The notes under the pieces are model-generated. The model did not search any database. It had not been told where the DNA came from and saw only the letters and a list, made by a program, of their open reading frames with translations. Below, piece by piece: positions 1 to 12,624 of a DNA stretch of 64,000 bases. A program made the position numbers and the translations under genes. The number at the start of each line of letters is the position of its first letter. Position 1 is the first letter of the stretch. The stretch lies in contig NW_027590479.1 of the NCBI RefSeq assembly GCF_964213995.1, forward strand, positions 124,001 through 188,000, read 5' to 3'. Origin of the DNA: Mustelus asterias (taxonomy: Eukaryota).

Positions 1-147
1 GGATCTTGATCAGTCAGGGAAGTGCGCCGAGGATTGGCAAATGGATTTCAATACAGATGAGCATAAGGTGTTGCATTTTGGAAAGGCAAAGCAGGGAAGG
101 ACTAATACATTGCAAGGTAGGGCTCTCGTGAGTGTTGAGGAGACATC
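1..147 (+). mobile_element. CR1-type LINE ORF2 fragment, continuing at about 2870
   Basis: Degenerate RT C-terminal coding sequence (WQMDFN..VLHFGKA), similar to other CR1 copies in the window. Confidence 0.7.
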
Positions 148-2025
148 CTAACTCACCGTCAGACTCCCTCACCCTCACTCTCACTCACCCTCACTCATGC
201 ACTCTCACTCACGCATGCTCACTCACTCACCTTCCCTTGAGCAACTCCACACACGCAACTCTCTCATCGTCATTCACCCAACCTAACGCACCCACACTCA
301 CACACCCTCATTAACTCAGCCTCACTCACCCATCCTCATTCACTCACCCTCACACTCACCCTCATTCAGCCACCACCACTCATCCACCCTCAATCACTCA
401 CCTTCACTTACTCACCCTCACCCACCGTCACTCAACATCATTCGTGCACTCTCACTCATGTATACTCACTCACATCCACTTACTCACCCTCACTCGCTCA
501 ACCTTACTCATATCACTCACTCACCTTCGCGTAACCACCCTCACTCACTCACTCATGCACCCTCACACACGGACCCTCACTCTCCCACTCTCGCTCACCC
601 ACCCTCACTCAGTCACTCAAACACCCTCATTCACTCACCCTCACACACTGTAACTGACCCACTCTCACTCGCACCGTAGCTCACCCACCCTCATCCACCC
701 TCACACATTCACCCTCATTTAATCCCTTCACTCAGCCACCATCACTCATCCATCCTCACTCATTCACATTCACTCACTAACCTTCACATGTTCAGCTTTA
801 CTCACACATGCTCACTTGCTCACACTCACTCGCCCACCCACACTCACACATTCGTTCACTCACCTGCCCTCGCTCACTCACCCATTCTCAGGTCACCGTC
901 AGACTCCCTCACCCTCACTCATGCACCCTCACTCACGCATGCTCATTCACTCACCTTCACTTGCTCAACTTCGTGCACTCAACTTTACTCTCTCATCTTC
1001 ATTCACCCAACCTAACGCTCCCACAATCACACACCCTCACACACTCAGCCTCACTCACCCATCCTCACTCACTCATAGAAATCATAGAAATTATAGAAAC
1101 CCTACAGTACAGAAAGAGCCCATTCGGTCCATCGAGTCTGCACCGACCACAATCCCACCCAGGCCCTACCCCCATATCCCAACATATTTACCCACTAATC
1201 CCTCTAACCTACACATCTCAGGACAGTAAGGGCAATTTTTAGCATGGCCAATCAATCTAACCCGCACATCTTTGGACTGTGGGAGGAAAACAGAGCACCC
1301 GGAGGAAACCCACGCAGACACGAGGAGAATGTACAAATTCCACACAGGCAGTGATCCAAGCCGGGAATCGAACCCAGGTCCCTGGAGCTGTGAAGCAGCG
1401 GCGCTAACCACCGTGCTACCGTGCCGCCCCTCCACGCTCATCCTCACTCATTCATCCTCACTCACTCACCGTCGCCCATCCTCTCTCATCCGCCCTCAAT
1501 CAATCATCCTCACTCACACCTTAACTCACCCCACCTCATTCACCCATCCTCACTGGCTCAAACTTTCACACATGCACCTTCACTCTCTCACCCTCTTGCG
1601 CCTCTTCACTAACTCACCCCTTTCAATTACTCACCCTCACTCACCCTTTCTCACTCTCTCACCCACTCTCACTTGCTTTCAATGAATCCATCCCCAACCG
1701 CACTCATACTTACTGACACAATATCATTCACTCACCCTCAGCCACTCACCCTCAGTCATCCACCATTATTCAATCCACATTAATCATACTCCCTAATTTA
1801 CACACAGTCCCTCAGTCATCACCAACACCCTCACACTCTCACCATTATTTCCCCGCCTTCAATCCCGCATCCTTGCTTGTTCAGCATCATCCTTCCACCC
1901 TCAGTGACTCACCATCACCCACCCACATTCACTCAGCTACAATCACTCACTCACCATCAGTCATTCACTCACTGATATTCACTCACTTACTCATTCACTC
2001 TGTCACACTCAGCGTGCACAATCAC
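148..2025. repeat. C/A-rich low-complexity tract (CACT/CTCAC/CACCCT units), interrupted by a SINE
   Basis: Dense ctcactcaccctcac-type repeats; the ORFs here are H/T/L/S-rich artefacts. Confidence 0.9.
1074..1430 (-). mobile_element. HE1-like V-SINE (tRNA-derived head, LINE-derived tail)
   Basis: Reverse of ggcggcacggtagcacggtggttagc...gggtttcctccgggtgctc core, with (tttctatga)n tail; many copies in window. Confidence 0.9.
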
Positions 2026-2029
2026 TCTC

Positions 2030-2290
2030 CCAGAGAGCCGGGGGAAAGTGCAGAGTGTCGTGGTAAGGGAAGAAAGCTGGAGAAGAATACCCAGAGCCCT
2101 GGTAGTGGACAGAGCGCCAGGGGCAGTTGCAGAAAGATGAGGGAGATCACATCGAGCCAAGGAAGAGGGCAGAGAGCACTGGGAAAGTGCAGAGAGCCGG
2201 GAGTAAGGAGAAAGTGCCAGGCAAAATGCAGAGAACCAGGAGAAAGGAAAATGTGCCGGGGGGAAGTGCTGACAACCGAGGGAATGTGCA
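2030..2290. repeat. Purine-rich degenerate tandem repeat
   Basis: Recurring agagagccggg..gaaagtgcaga units. Confidence 0.55.
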
Positions 2291-2869
2291 GACTGCTGGT
2301 TATCGGATTTGGGGATGGAATATGGAGCTAATAATCGGTTCATCCATGATCTTACTGAATGGTGAATGATGTTCAAGGGACTGAATGGCCTATTGTAGCT
2401 GTTAAAACATTATCCGAATATAAGAGAATGTTACAATTGATGAATTGCTACTTTATTGAGAGTTTTATGGGCATAATGGAAGAAATACTCCCGACGGTAT
2501 TATTGAAGAAAATTCACTATTCTATGTTTTGTGGAGTGCGGTGGACGGGTGGGCAGGGGATTAGTGAGCGAGTGAGAGGAGGGAGCATCAGTCAGTTTGA
2601 AAAAAAGGCAATTTCCAAACTGCAATGACAAAAATGAAGAGACAAATTCTTCACCACAACGTGCTGTTGATTGTGAACGAGTCTCTGAAATAATGCAAAG
2701 AATCTCTGCTGTTCTCTTTTAATCCAATGAATGTATGTCATTCAGATAACAGCAGAATGTATTCTTATTATGCCGGGATAGAAACGGAGAAAGAGATGTG
2801 AGTTTCTATAGGGGACAATCAGTGCAGAAACCTAAACGATAGAAGGGGAATACAGGGAATACAGGTACA

Positions 2870-3565
2870 GAATACAGGTACAGAATTCCCTAAAAGTGAC
2901 GTCACAGGTGGATAAGGTCGTAAAGAATGCCTTTGGTATATTGGCCTTTATCAATCGGAGTATCGAGTATATAAGTTGGAGTGTTATGGTAAGGTTATAT
3001 AAGGCATTAGTGAGGCCGAATTTGGAGTATTGTGTACAGTTTTGGTCACCTAGTTACAGGAAGGATGTAAATAAGGTTGAAAGAGTGCAGAGAAGGTTCA
3101 CAAGGATGTTGCCGGAACTTGAGAAGCTCAGTTACAGAGAGAGATTGAATAGATTGGGACTTTATTCCCTGGAGCGTAGAAGATTGAGAGGAGATTTGAT
3201 AGAGGTGTATAAGATTTTGATGGGTATAGATGGAGTGAATGCAAGCAGGCTTTTTCCGCTGAGGCTAGGGGAGAAAGAAACCAGAGGGCATGGGTTAAGG
3301 GTGAACGGAGAAAAGTTTAAAGGGAATATTAGGGGGGGCTTCTTCACGCAGAGAGTGGTGGGAGTGTGGAATGAGCTGCCGGATAAAGTGGTAAATGCCA
3401 CTTTTAACATTTAAGAAAAACTTGGACGGGTTCATGGATGAGAGGGGTGTGGAGGGACATGGTCCAAGAGCAGGTCAGTGGGACTAGGCAAAAAATGGTT
3501 CGGCACAGACAAGAAGGGCCAAAAGGCCTGTTTCAGAGCTGTAATTTACTATGGGTTCAATGGTT
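2870..3565 (+). mobile_element. CR1 LINE 3' portion
   Basis: ORF 2896-3414 with LYKALVRPNLEYCVQFWSP and RRRLRGDLIEVYKI; CR1-type 3' UTR. Confidence 0.9.
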
Positions 3566-3711
3566 CTAAGTAGTAGAATATCAAATGAGGCTGACGATTT
3601 GAAAACGAAGCTGTGAAGATCGGATCATAGTTGTAGTCGAATTATTAATTGCTTGATTGCTTATTAAAGAATAACAGAGTGTAATTTGTTTAATCGGTCA
3701 TTCTTTGCTAG

Positions 3712-4008
3712 CAGCGCCATCTCCGCCTACTCTCTACAGCCTGGTCTCCTGTCAGCAACGCAATTTCGATGGCTCCATCACCTATGGCTGTTTGGCGATG
3801 GGCTACTCTCCAGAAATCACCAGCCTGAACTGGAAGAAGGATGGGCAGCCGATCACCACTGGATTTAAGACTTACCCATCAGTAAGAAACATGATGGGAA
3901 CCTCCACCCCGAGTCGCAAGTTAACCATCACTGAGTCAGAGGGAGCATGCAGCAAAATCAACTGTGAGGTTCGACACAGCGGTTCAGACCATAGCATTGA
4001 AATGCAAT
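3712..4008 (+). CDS. IGHM: IgM heavy chain CH1 exon (of a probable pseudogene)
   Basis: [14 protein letters not shown]...YGCLAM...[16 protein letters not shown]...INCEVRH matches shark C-mu1; AG/GT phase-1 boundaries. Confidence 0.9.
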
Positions 4009-4209
4009 GTAAGTATTGAGGATCCTAGGAAGAACAGAAACACTGTTATTAAACTGTATCGAGCCTTGGTTATAACACATACATCGAAATCTCCATAGTC
4101 CTACTCCCTGAAATAAACGACTCTGGTGTCGCCTGATGGAAAATAAATTGTCAAAATATCAGGAATTTTATTTGTCATCAAAACATTCTACAAGAAATGT
4201 TTCTTGAAG

Positions 4210-4524
4210 GTCCGAAAGATGACATCCCTCCAACCGTTATGCTCACCGTGAGCTCCAGTGAAGAAATCACAAGCAGCAAAGTTGTAACCATCGACTGTTC
4301 AATCGTCGGTTTCTATCCAAAGTCAGTGGCGGTGAAATGGCTGAAGAATGGACAACCCATGGATTCAGGAATTGTCACCTCTCCAGCCTGCAAAGTGAAC
4401 GGGAACTCCTCGGCGAGCATGCGGCTGACAGTCTCCGCTCGGGAATGGTTCAGCAAAGCGGTTTACACCTGCCAGGTCACTCATCAAGAACTCACCCAAA
4501 TTCGGAACATCACCAGATCTTTGG
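4210..4524 (+). CDS. IGHM: IgM heavy chain CH2 exon
   Basis: [15 protein letters not shown]...CSI...WLKNG...YTCQVTHQ; flanked by ag and gtaag. Confidence 0.9.
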
Positions 4525-5133
4525 GTAAGAGGAACCGACCATCAACCAATAAATCATTGTGCAGTCCGATGTTAATGAACATCAGGAATTCATTGAAGTT
4601 AATCCAAAGCACAGGACAACTTCTAATTTACTGCCATGTATTTCATTCTGATTTAAGAACTGCATTCGGATTGTTCAACATTTAGGATTTTATCTGAACA
4701 GGAAATAATGTTTCACTCTACTTTGATATCATATAGTGTGTAAGGTGGACTTGACGTCAGCTTTGGCCTGAGGCATCTCAGAATATTTAGAGAGAAAGAG
4801 AGAGTGGGTGTCTGACATCATTTTTCAGGTAACAGATTCAGGATAAAGAGTTGAAAATTGTATCCCCTCTATTCAATGTGTTTTCCTGAGATCAGGAATG
4901 GTATATTTGTATTGGAAATGGTGCAATGTTTATTCATTAGAATGAAGGAGTTTAACGAAGAGAATAGTTTTCACAGGCCAAGCTGATTTTCCAGTGTGGA
5001 GAGAAGATAAAAGGCGACAATTAGAGTTTGATATCTGAAAGTTGATTTATTCCCATTTAGAGAATGAAGGCTGAATAATTCTGTTATGATTCTGAAGAGG
5101 GAACTAGGGTTGATTTTCAGTATCCATTCACAG

Positions 5134-5442
5134 ATCGTTCCCACTGTACTCAGTCCACAGTGACAATACTGCCACCGCGAATGGAACAGGTCTTACAGGA
5201 GGCGACCATAACATCAACCTGCGTCATTTCTGATGCTCCTTATGGAGTCAGCGTGTCCTGGATCCCAGAAAAGAAGACTTTGAAATCAGAGATTGCCGAA
5301 AAGCCTGGAGAGGATCCTGACAGCGTGGTCAGCAATTTAAACATCTCGACACAAGCCTGGCTGAGTGCGGCTGTGTTTGACTGCGTGGTGAGCCATCAGG
5401 ATCTGCCGACTCCTTTAAGAAATTCCACCCACAAGAAAGAAG
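5134..5442 (+). CDS. IGHM: IgM heavy chain CH3 exon
   Basis: [25 protein letters not shown]...NISTQAWLS...[13 protein letters not shown]; flanked by cag and gtgag. Confidence 0.9.
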
Positions 5443-5739
5443 GTGAGTGGAGAGTCATTGTGCCTACTTCCAGTGTAATTGTAAAGTGAATGTTTAATAT
5501 TCGTTGCATTTCTGGTCTACCAGAATTGGTAATTCCACTAACTAATCACTCTGGGACTATAGAATTTTTACTGGGGAAATTGAGAAGTAGATGAAAGAAA
5601 TTGAACTGAAGGGGTTTTTTTTTACATAAAAACTTCCTTGTAAAAAATGACTTTCAACATTTTTTCCCCAAACTTCCTGCAAGTTTACTCTCTCTGGAAG
5701 ATTTTTGTTCAATTTTGGGTTTAGGTGGAGTAAGACCAT

Positions 5740-6010
5740 GCACCAGACAACGTAAGAGCAGAAGTAAGTCACTTGGTCCTCGACATGCCCATTCTGGCTT
5801 GCAGGAAAATCCTGATTGATCTGACATTGTAATACTCCATTCTACTTTCCCGCCTTATCCCCATAACCCTTGATTCCCTGACTGATTACAAATCTGTCCA
5901 TATCAGCCTTGAACATACTTAACGACCCAGCCACTACAGCCCTCTGCGATAATTACTTCCTTAGATTCGTTACCATCTGAGAGAGGAAATTCCTCCTCAT
6001 CTCTCTCAAC
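5740..6010 (-). mobile_element. CR1 LINE 3' fragment
   Basis: Similar to CR1 3' ends at 12.65 kb and 26.7 kb. Confidence 0.6.
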
Positions 6011-6758
6011 AATGGGCGACCCTTTCTCTGAGATTATACACTCGGCTCCTGGACTCTGCCACAAGAGGCAAAAAAACAGTAAGAGGGTTGTTCCTCTGAT
6101 CGAAGGAAAGATATACTGGCATTGGAAACAGTCAAAAGAAAGTCCAGTAAGTTCATCACGGGTAAGGAAGGATTTTCTTATGTTGAGAGGATAGATAAGT
6201 TAGTCTTGTGCTTATTGGACCTTACTGAGACTTGTAGGACTCTCAGGATTCTTGACACGGTCGACGCTGATAGATTTCCATTTTCACCTTTTTGATCTGT
6301 CCAGTTTCCCAGCTCGGCGCGGAGATGGATACACTTTTCTCTGGGAAATTAACGGGTTGGATTAGGAAGTTTCAGTAATTTACAGCACAGAAACAGGTAA
6401 TTTGACCCTACTGCTCTATGTTTAACCTCCGTACCAGGCTCTTCTCATCTTCTTCCAGAGGTTCAAGGGAAACAAATAAATGTAATTTACTTGGATTTCT
6501 CAAAGCCTTCAATATGGAACCGCACTGAAGGCAATTTAAGAAGAAAAAAAAACCCTTCGTGCTGGTGGTAGTATATCAGCATGGATAGAGAATTGGCTTA
6601 CTAACAGAAGACAGAGAGTCTGGATCAGGGTAAAATTTCAGGCTGGTAAAGTTTAACCAGTGGAGTGCCACCGGTACTATTTCTCTAACATCTGGCTCGC
6701 CGTTTCATTGTGTCCGGAATTCTCCAGTTTATTGACATTTATTCTACATTTTCGGCAG

Positions 6759-7150
6759 ATCCACATCCGTGGGAACCGTCCGCCTCTGTCCTCCTGCCCT
6801 CTGCAGAAGAAGTCTCCGCTCAGAGATTCGTCTCCCTCAGCTACTCAGTGAGACGTTTCTCTCCCCGAGAGATCTTCGTCAAGTGGACCGTCAACGACAA
6901 GCCACTGAATCCTGGGAACTAGAGGAACACCGAGGTGATGGCGGAGATCGGCAATAGCTCCTTCTTCATTTACAGTCTGTTATCCATTGCAACGGAGGAG
7001 TGGGCTAGCGGCGCTTCTTACTCCTGTGTGGTGGGACATGAAGCCATCCCCTTGAAGATCATCAACAGAACGGTTGATAAATCCAGCGATATACCCAGTT
7101 TTGTGAACATTTTCCTTGCACTGATGGACACCGTCAACTCATGTCAATGA
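6759..7150 (+). pseudogene. IGHM: IgM CH4 plus secretory tail exon, disabled
   Basis: [19 protein letters not shown]...[36 protein letters not shown]; in-frame TAG at 6920-6922; first domain Cys replaced (LSYSV). Confidence 0.9.
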
Positions 7151-7177
7151 GAATCAAACAGTTGCATTCAAAACTTC

Positions 7178-7191
7178 AATAAAATAATAAA
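7178..7191 (+). terminator. Two polyadenylation signals for the secretory IgM transcript
   Basis: AATAAA at 7178 and 7186, about 30 nt after the tail stop codon. Confidence 0.75.
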
Positions 7192-7569
7192 TGACGAATG
7201 AAAATACCCAATCACTGACCTGATTGTTTTCCATTCTTACTTCCGTTTGATCTCTTTGACTTACATCTGATATTCAGAGAGTGTCGGATCCGTCTTGTGG
7301 AACCAAAGCTCCCACCTCAGATACATCCTGACTTACAGATAGACTGGAGATCATTCATCACAGGATACTGAGATATAACTTCACCAACCTTCCTCCCGCT
7401 GAGCAGAAATCTGACGATTTCCCATTTCCGATGAACAAACACAGCACATTTAGATCTCTGTGTTCCTGTTTCTTTCTTTGTCCATCTCTTTAACCTTGAC
7501 GTCAGCTTGAAGTTGTTGCACCACACCCACTGGGAACTGAAGCGAGGGTCACAAAGAAACATGGAAGAA

Positions 7570-7920
7570 CAAGCCCCCATCAGAGAGAATGGCAGGGAGT
7601 GAAATGGTTAACACACTGGACTCCTACTCACCCAACAAAGAGAGTGGAGGGGCATTAGTTTACTCACTGTACCCCCACTCTCCCAAAAAAGAGATGGGAG
7701 CGACAATAGTTAGCCCCATGTACCACCATAAAACAAATACAGAGAGGGCGTTGGGGCATTATTTATCCAATTATACTCCCACTTTCCCAATGAAAAGATG
7801 AGAACGTTATCATTCAGCCAACTGCACCTCAACAGATGGAGCCAAAAGTAAAAATTGCTCCATCACTGAGAACGGGAAGCGATGACTTCACTATCCTTCC
7901 TCTCCCCAAGCAGAGAGTTT
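7570..7920. repeat. Degenerate tandem repeat of roughly 60 bp
   Basis: Recurring ccccact.tcccaa..agaga.ggga motifs. Confidence 0.4.
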
Positions 7921-8319
7921 TAGAAAGGAAGAGCTGCCGAATGTAAGGATTCAGTTGCCAACTGAAGATATTGACTTCTGGTTTACTTGCCGCAGATTTT
8001 GAAATCTCATCATGCTAATCTTTTTACTGAATATGCATTTATGCAACATAATTTTAATGTGTTTTAACTCTCTTGTTCCTATTAATCATTTGCTGCCATT
8101 GATACATCATATTCCAAATTTAAACCAATGATTGAATCCTCCCTGGTTTTCACTGTTCTGTCCTGGAGTTTTCTGAGATGCAAAAATGAATTATTTCATT
8201 CGGTCAGCTGATGTCACCTTGTCACTCACATGCAAGAAAATTATACACCAAACATTGAAAATATGCTGCATAATTCGTATTGTCAGGTTAATGATTGCCG
8301 GTGAAACTTGGAATACCAG

Positions 8320-10110
8320 TTAAAAAATACACATAGTGACAATACTGCAGAAAACTGACACAATTACAAGTACACATATAGACATACACATCCACACCCA
8401 TCAACACAAATGCACAAATACAAACACAAATACACATACTCACATTTATGCTCACAAATGCACAGACACGCAAATGTGTACGCATAGACACACATGCATA
8501 CACCACACAATCACGTATATCCATATGCACATTTATGGATAACACATACAAATACAGACAAACAAATATAGACACAGAAGCACATGTTTGCACAACGCAC
8601 GCACACATACACAAAATCACAGGCACACATATGCATACATAAATATGCACAAACGCATTCGCCCACAAAAACACGCACAACACAGGCACCACTGAACACA
8701 CATACAGAGGAGCAATGGCAGTCACACCAACACACCCATACACGCAGATTTAAAAACACAGATTGACATACCCACAAATAAACACATACGAAATTATGCA
8801 GATGCACAAATGCACACATGGGCACACACAAATACACAATTGCTCAAACAGGCACAAAAACAAATACATACACACAAGCAATCAAATTAAATAATCACAC
8901 ACAAACCCGCACACACATACACATACAAACATGCAAGTGCACGCATACATGCACATACACGAATATTTACACAGACCCACACACATAAAACATACATACA
9001 TATACACAAATAAGGACAGACACATACACACATGCAGAGCCACATAAATCTGCGAACACACATACACTGAAACAAATACATATATATTAGCACACGTTAA
9101 TGCTGAGAGGAATATAGATATAAAGACAAACAATACCACACACATTAACACACATAGCACATTATAATCACATATAAGCACATTAGCAGATTATACACAG
9201 GCACATAGATGAACAGAGAGCAAAACATTCACACGAAAATATGCAGACGTAAGCATTAACATGCTCATACAGAGCAGAACACCACTACACGCATTAGTGC
9301 ACATGGAGACACAAACACATATCAACACATAGGGTCATCGAGTCATAGAGGATTACAGCACGGAAACAGGCCCTTCGGTCCAACTTATCCATGCCGCCCT
9401 TTTTTTTAAACCCCTAAGCTCATCCCAATTGCCCGCATTTGGCCCATATCCCTCTATACCCATCATACCCATGTAACTATCTAAATGCTTTTTAAAAGAC
9501 AAAATTGTACCCGCTTCTGTTACTTCTGGCAGCTTGTTCCAGACACTCACCACACTCTGTGTGAACAAATTTCTCGTCTGAACACTTTTGTATCTCTCCC
9601 CTCTCACCTTAAACCTATGCCTTCCAGTTTTAGACTCCCCTACCTTTGGGAAAATATATTGATTATCTAGCTGACCTATGTCCCTTATTATTTTATAGAC
9701 CTCTATGAGATCTAGAACATAGTTATAAAGAACTATCAAGATGTAAATACATACAGTAACGCATTAACAGACACGCGCACAGACTCAGAGAAATGGAAAT
9801 AAACATTAATAGTCTGATAGAAATGTGGAATACAAAAAGGGGGATCATTACCGAGCAACAGGCACGAACACATGCGCATGCATTACGGGTGGCATTAAGA
9901 AATAAGCATAGATTTCACACAATAATGCAGTCATACACACAGAATTGCAGAAGAATAAAATATACATACTGTTGAAGGCACACAAATACCCAAATGAACA
10001 TTCATAGGGAAGTGAACACGGACATTAACACTCATACATATTAACTCGGAATCAAAGATTAATGCAGAACACGAGATGCTCATACGCACAGCACAAATAT
10101 AAAATTTTAA
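8320..10110. repeat. CA-rich low-complexity tract with an embedded CR1 3' fragment (9330-9710, minus strand)
   Basis: acacacat-type repeats; ORF 9353-9739 has DLIEVYKII..FKKHLDSYM. Confidence 0.85.
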
Positions 10111-10679
10111 ATACAAACGGCAAGCAACTGATTGAAATAAAATTCAAACTTGACTATGTTAATTGGCACATCCTCTGAAAACTGTCCGTATTATACAATG
10201 AACGGACAAATACACACTGAGAAACTAGTTAATGATATATTAAACATTTCGAACATAACTAAACATAGAGGATGGGAACTCACATCTGAATTCCTAAACA
10301 ACAAAATTCATAGTTTGCAGATCAGTAGCAATCTGCTAAAATAATCATCATTGATCAGTGAACGTTCCTCGATATCAACTATAACATACTTCAATAAGGG
10401 ATAGTGCCAAACTGTTCGAAAATGGACTGATTCTGAAGAAAAATTCTTAAGGACTATCCGACAGATTCTGTCTAAGGAATGCAAATAATGAACAATTGTG
10501 AAGATAGTTACGGAGATCGGTTACTGAGTCTCCCGAACTTAACAGTAGATATAGTTTAAAAATTAATTTTGAGAATAAATTAATAGCGTAAGAAAGTGAA
10601 AATGTAATATAGAACTAACAATAAAATTTCCTGGATCAATTAAGTAAATTAATTATATTTCCTTGTCTACGTCCCCTAG

Positions 10680-10795
10680 ACTCCACAGACCGCATCTGGG
10701 TTGAAGACAATGAGGATCATAATGGCAACAGATGGACAACCGCTTCCGCGTTCATCGTCCTAATCTTCCTAAGCATTTTCTACAGCATCGCAATC
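10680..10795 (+). pseudogene. IGHM: IgM TM1 exon, 3'-truncated
   Basis: After cctag: DSTDRIWVEDNEDHNGNRWTTASAFIVLIFLSIFYSIA; the expected VTLVK end and GT donor are missing. Confidence 0.85.
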
Positions 10796-10881
10796 AGAAG
10801 GGATTTGAAAAACCCCTAAATGTTTCCTTGATTAAAAACTTTTTAAATCATCTGCTTCATTCTTTTATCTCTCTTTTCCAG

Positions 10882-10890
10882 CTCAAATGA
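10882..10890 (+). pseudogene. IGHM: IgM TM2 exon
   Basis: Polypyrimidine tract and ccag, then ctc aaa tga (LK*, normally VK*). Confidence 0.65.
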
Positions 10891-12624
10891 TGGGCTGAAT
10901 TTTGGATTCTGTAGTTTTCCCTCAGCTGATTATTAAGATGTCTATATGGCACAAATACAATACCTGGTCTTGGTGATTCGAGGAGTAACATTCCGTCAGT
11001 TTATGTTCCGCACTTGTAACTGAGACAAGTGTTGTCGGTATTTCTGTTTTTCAACTTAAAATTTACGGCATAATTATAGTTGTAAAATGATTGTATCTTG
11101 GAGTTTCACCTGAATTTAATGTATAAATAAGTACATTTTCATGAAACATATTCACAATTGTTCATTTTCCTGTATCTTGAAGTCCTGTGTTCTTTTTCTG
11201 GTTCTTGTTACAATTGTACATATATTGGACAGCTCAGAGCGCAAGTGTTCATTCTCAGTGCAAAGTTCAATCTTCATTTTCCCTTTTGTGAGCTTTAAAA
11301 TAGACTTTTCTGTAAAATGTTCTCTGAAATTTTTATTAAATCTTGAATGAAATATGAACAAAATAATCTTCGAGCGAGGATGTAAAATCTCGCCCTAATT
11401 CAATGAAAGAATTGCTGCGCCACGCAGCGACCTATGCTGTAAATATATCTTTACCTCTGCCTTTTTATGATAAAGTCCAATGATTGAACAGCGAGAACCT
11501 CGATGATTTCGCTTCTAACTGGTCTGTCACTGTCACATGCCAGGTAATTATGAACAGCACGAACTCTGCTTCATCATAGACCGATGCAGGACATTGTGGG
11601 AGAAATAGTTTCCTTTACAATGTCCCACCAAGCACGGCCGGTGTCGCTGCATCGTGGCTTGACTGAGTGAATCTCTATATTCCCCGATGAAATGCTCACA
11701 AGAAATGCGTACCGCAGACTAGAATATAACACAAACAGAACAGGGGTGCAAAACATAAAGTGGCCCAAGTGACTGAGGTGTATTTCACACTAACATATCA
11801 TCGAATGCAAACTTCCAAATAAAAGGGCTGATGAGATTTACCAGAGTAAAATATTGATGAAATTCTTGAAACCTGGGGTGTATCTGACACAGTTCAGTGC
11901 AAACCGTGGGAATTGTTCCCAGGCTGGGCCTTACTGATACAGAGATTTCAGCTTCGCATTTTGTTTAAAATATACAGGCAGATACATTGTTCTCCCACAG
12001 TTCAATTAGATAGTGAAAGGGTCCACTGTCAAGAAAGTACAATGGCTGTCTGCTTCCACCATTATGGTTGTAATCACTGCCTTCTGTATCCATGATGCAT
12101 TTCTCCCTCTTCAGCTCCACTTCCTTTGATGCTAACGCCCAGAACTCATGAGGATCACTCCAGGGATCCTCTCTCCCTGCTCCATTGTCTCTGATGCCAT
12201 CTCACTAAACTGACTGAGCAACACCTCAGAGTTGCAGAGCAGTTCCTTCAACAATTTTTCAGCGATTCCTTCGAAGACTTCCTGTTACAGGAATTTCAGC
12301 AAAAATAAAACTCTGTTGGGAATCCCAGTATCTTCCAATGTTTTCATTCTACTGTGAGGCAATTGATCCTCTGCAGACTTGAGGTGCAGGCATGTTGTTA
12401 TTTGACGTTTAATATCACAAATTACAAGGAGGAAAGAATTCAATGTGTTCCATTGTCTGTGGGTCTTCAGTCGATGGTAGCATTAATAGGAAGGCAGATT
12501 ATTAATTGAAATGACCTCAATTGAGAGAGACGGATAATCAGCGAGACCTTGGTTTCCTCGTGCATCAGTCGCTGAAAATAGGCATGCAGGTACAGCAAGC
12601 AGTGAGAAGACAGACTGCATGTCA

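Noticed and set aside
132-2030. H/T/L/S-rich ORFs
   Set aside because: Translations of low-complexity repeat
8288-9181. C/V-rich and H/T-rich ORFs
   Set aside because: Translations of CA/TG repeats
11574-11768. Hydrophobic minus-strand ORF resembling a leader (MFCTPVLFVLYSSL)
   Set aside because: No V exon or RSS found downstream
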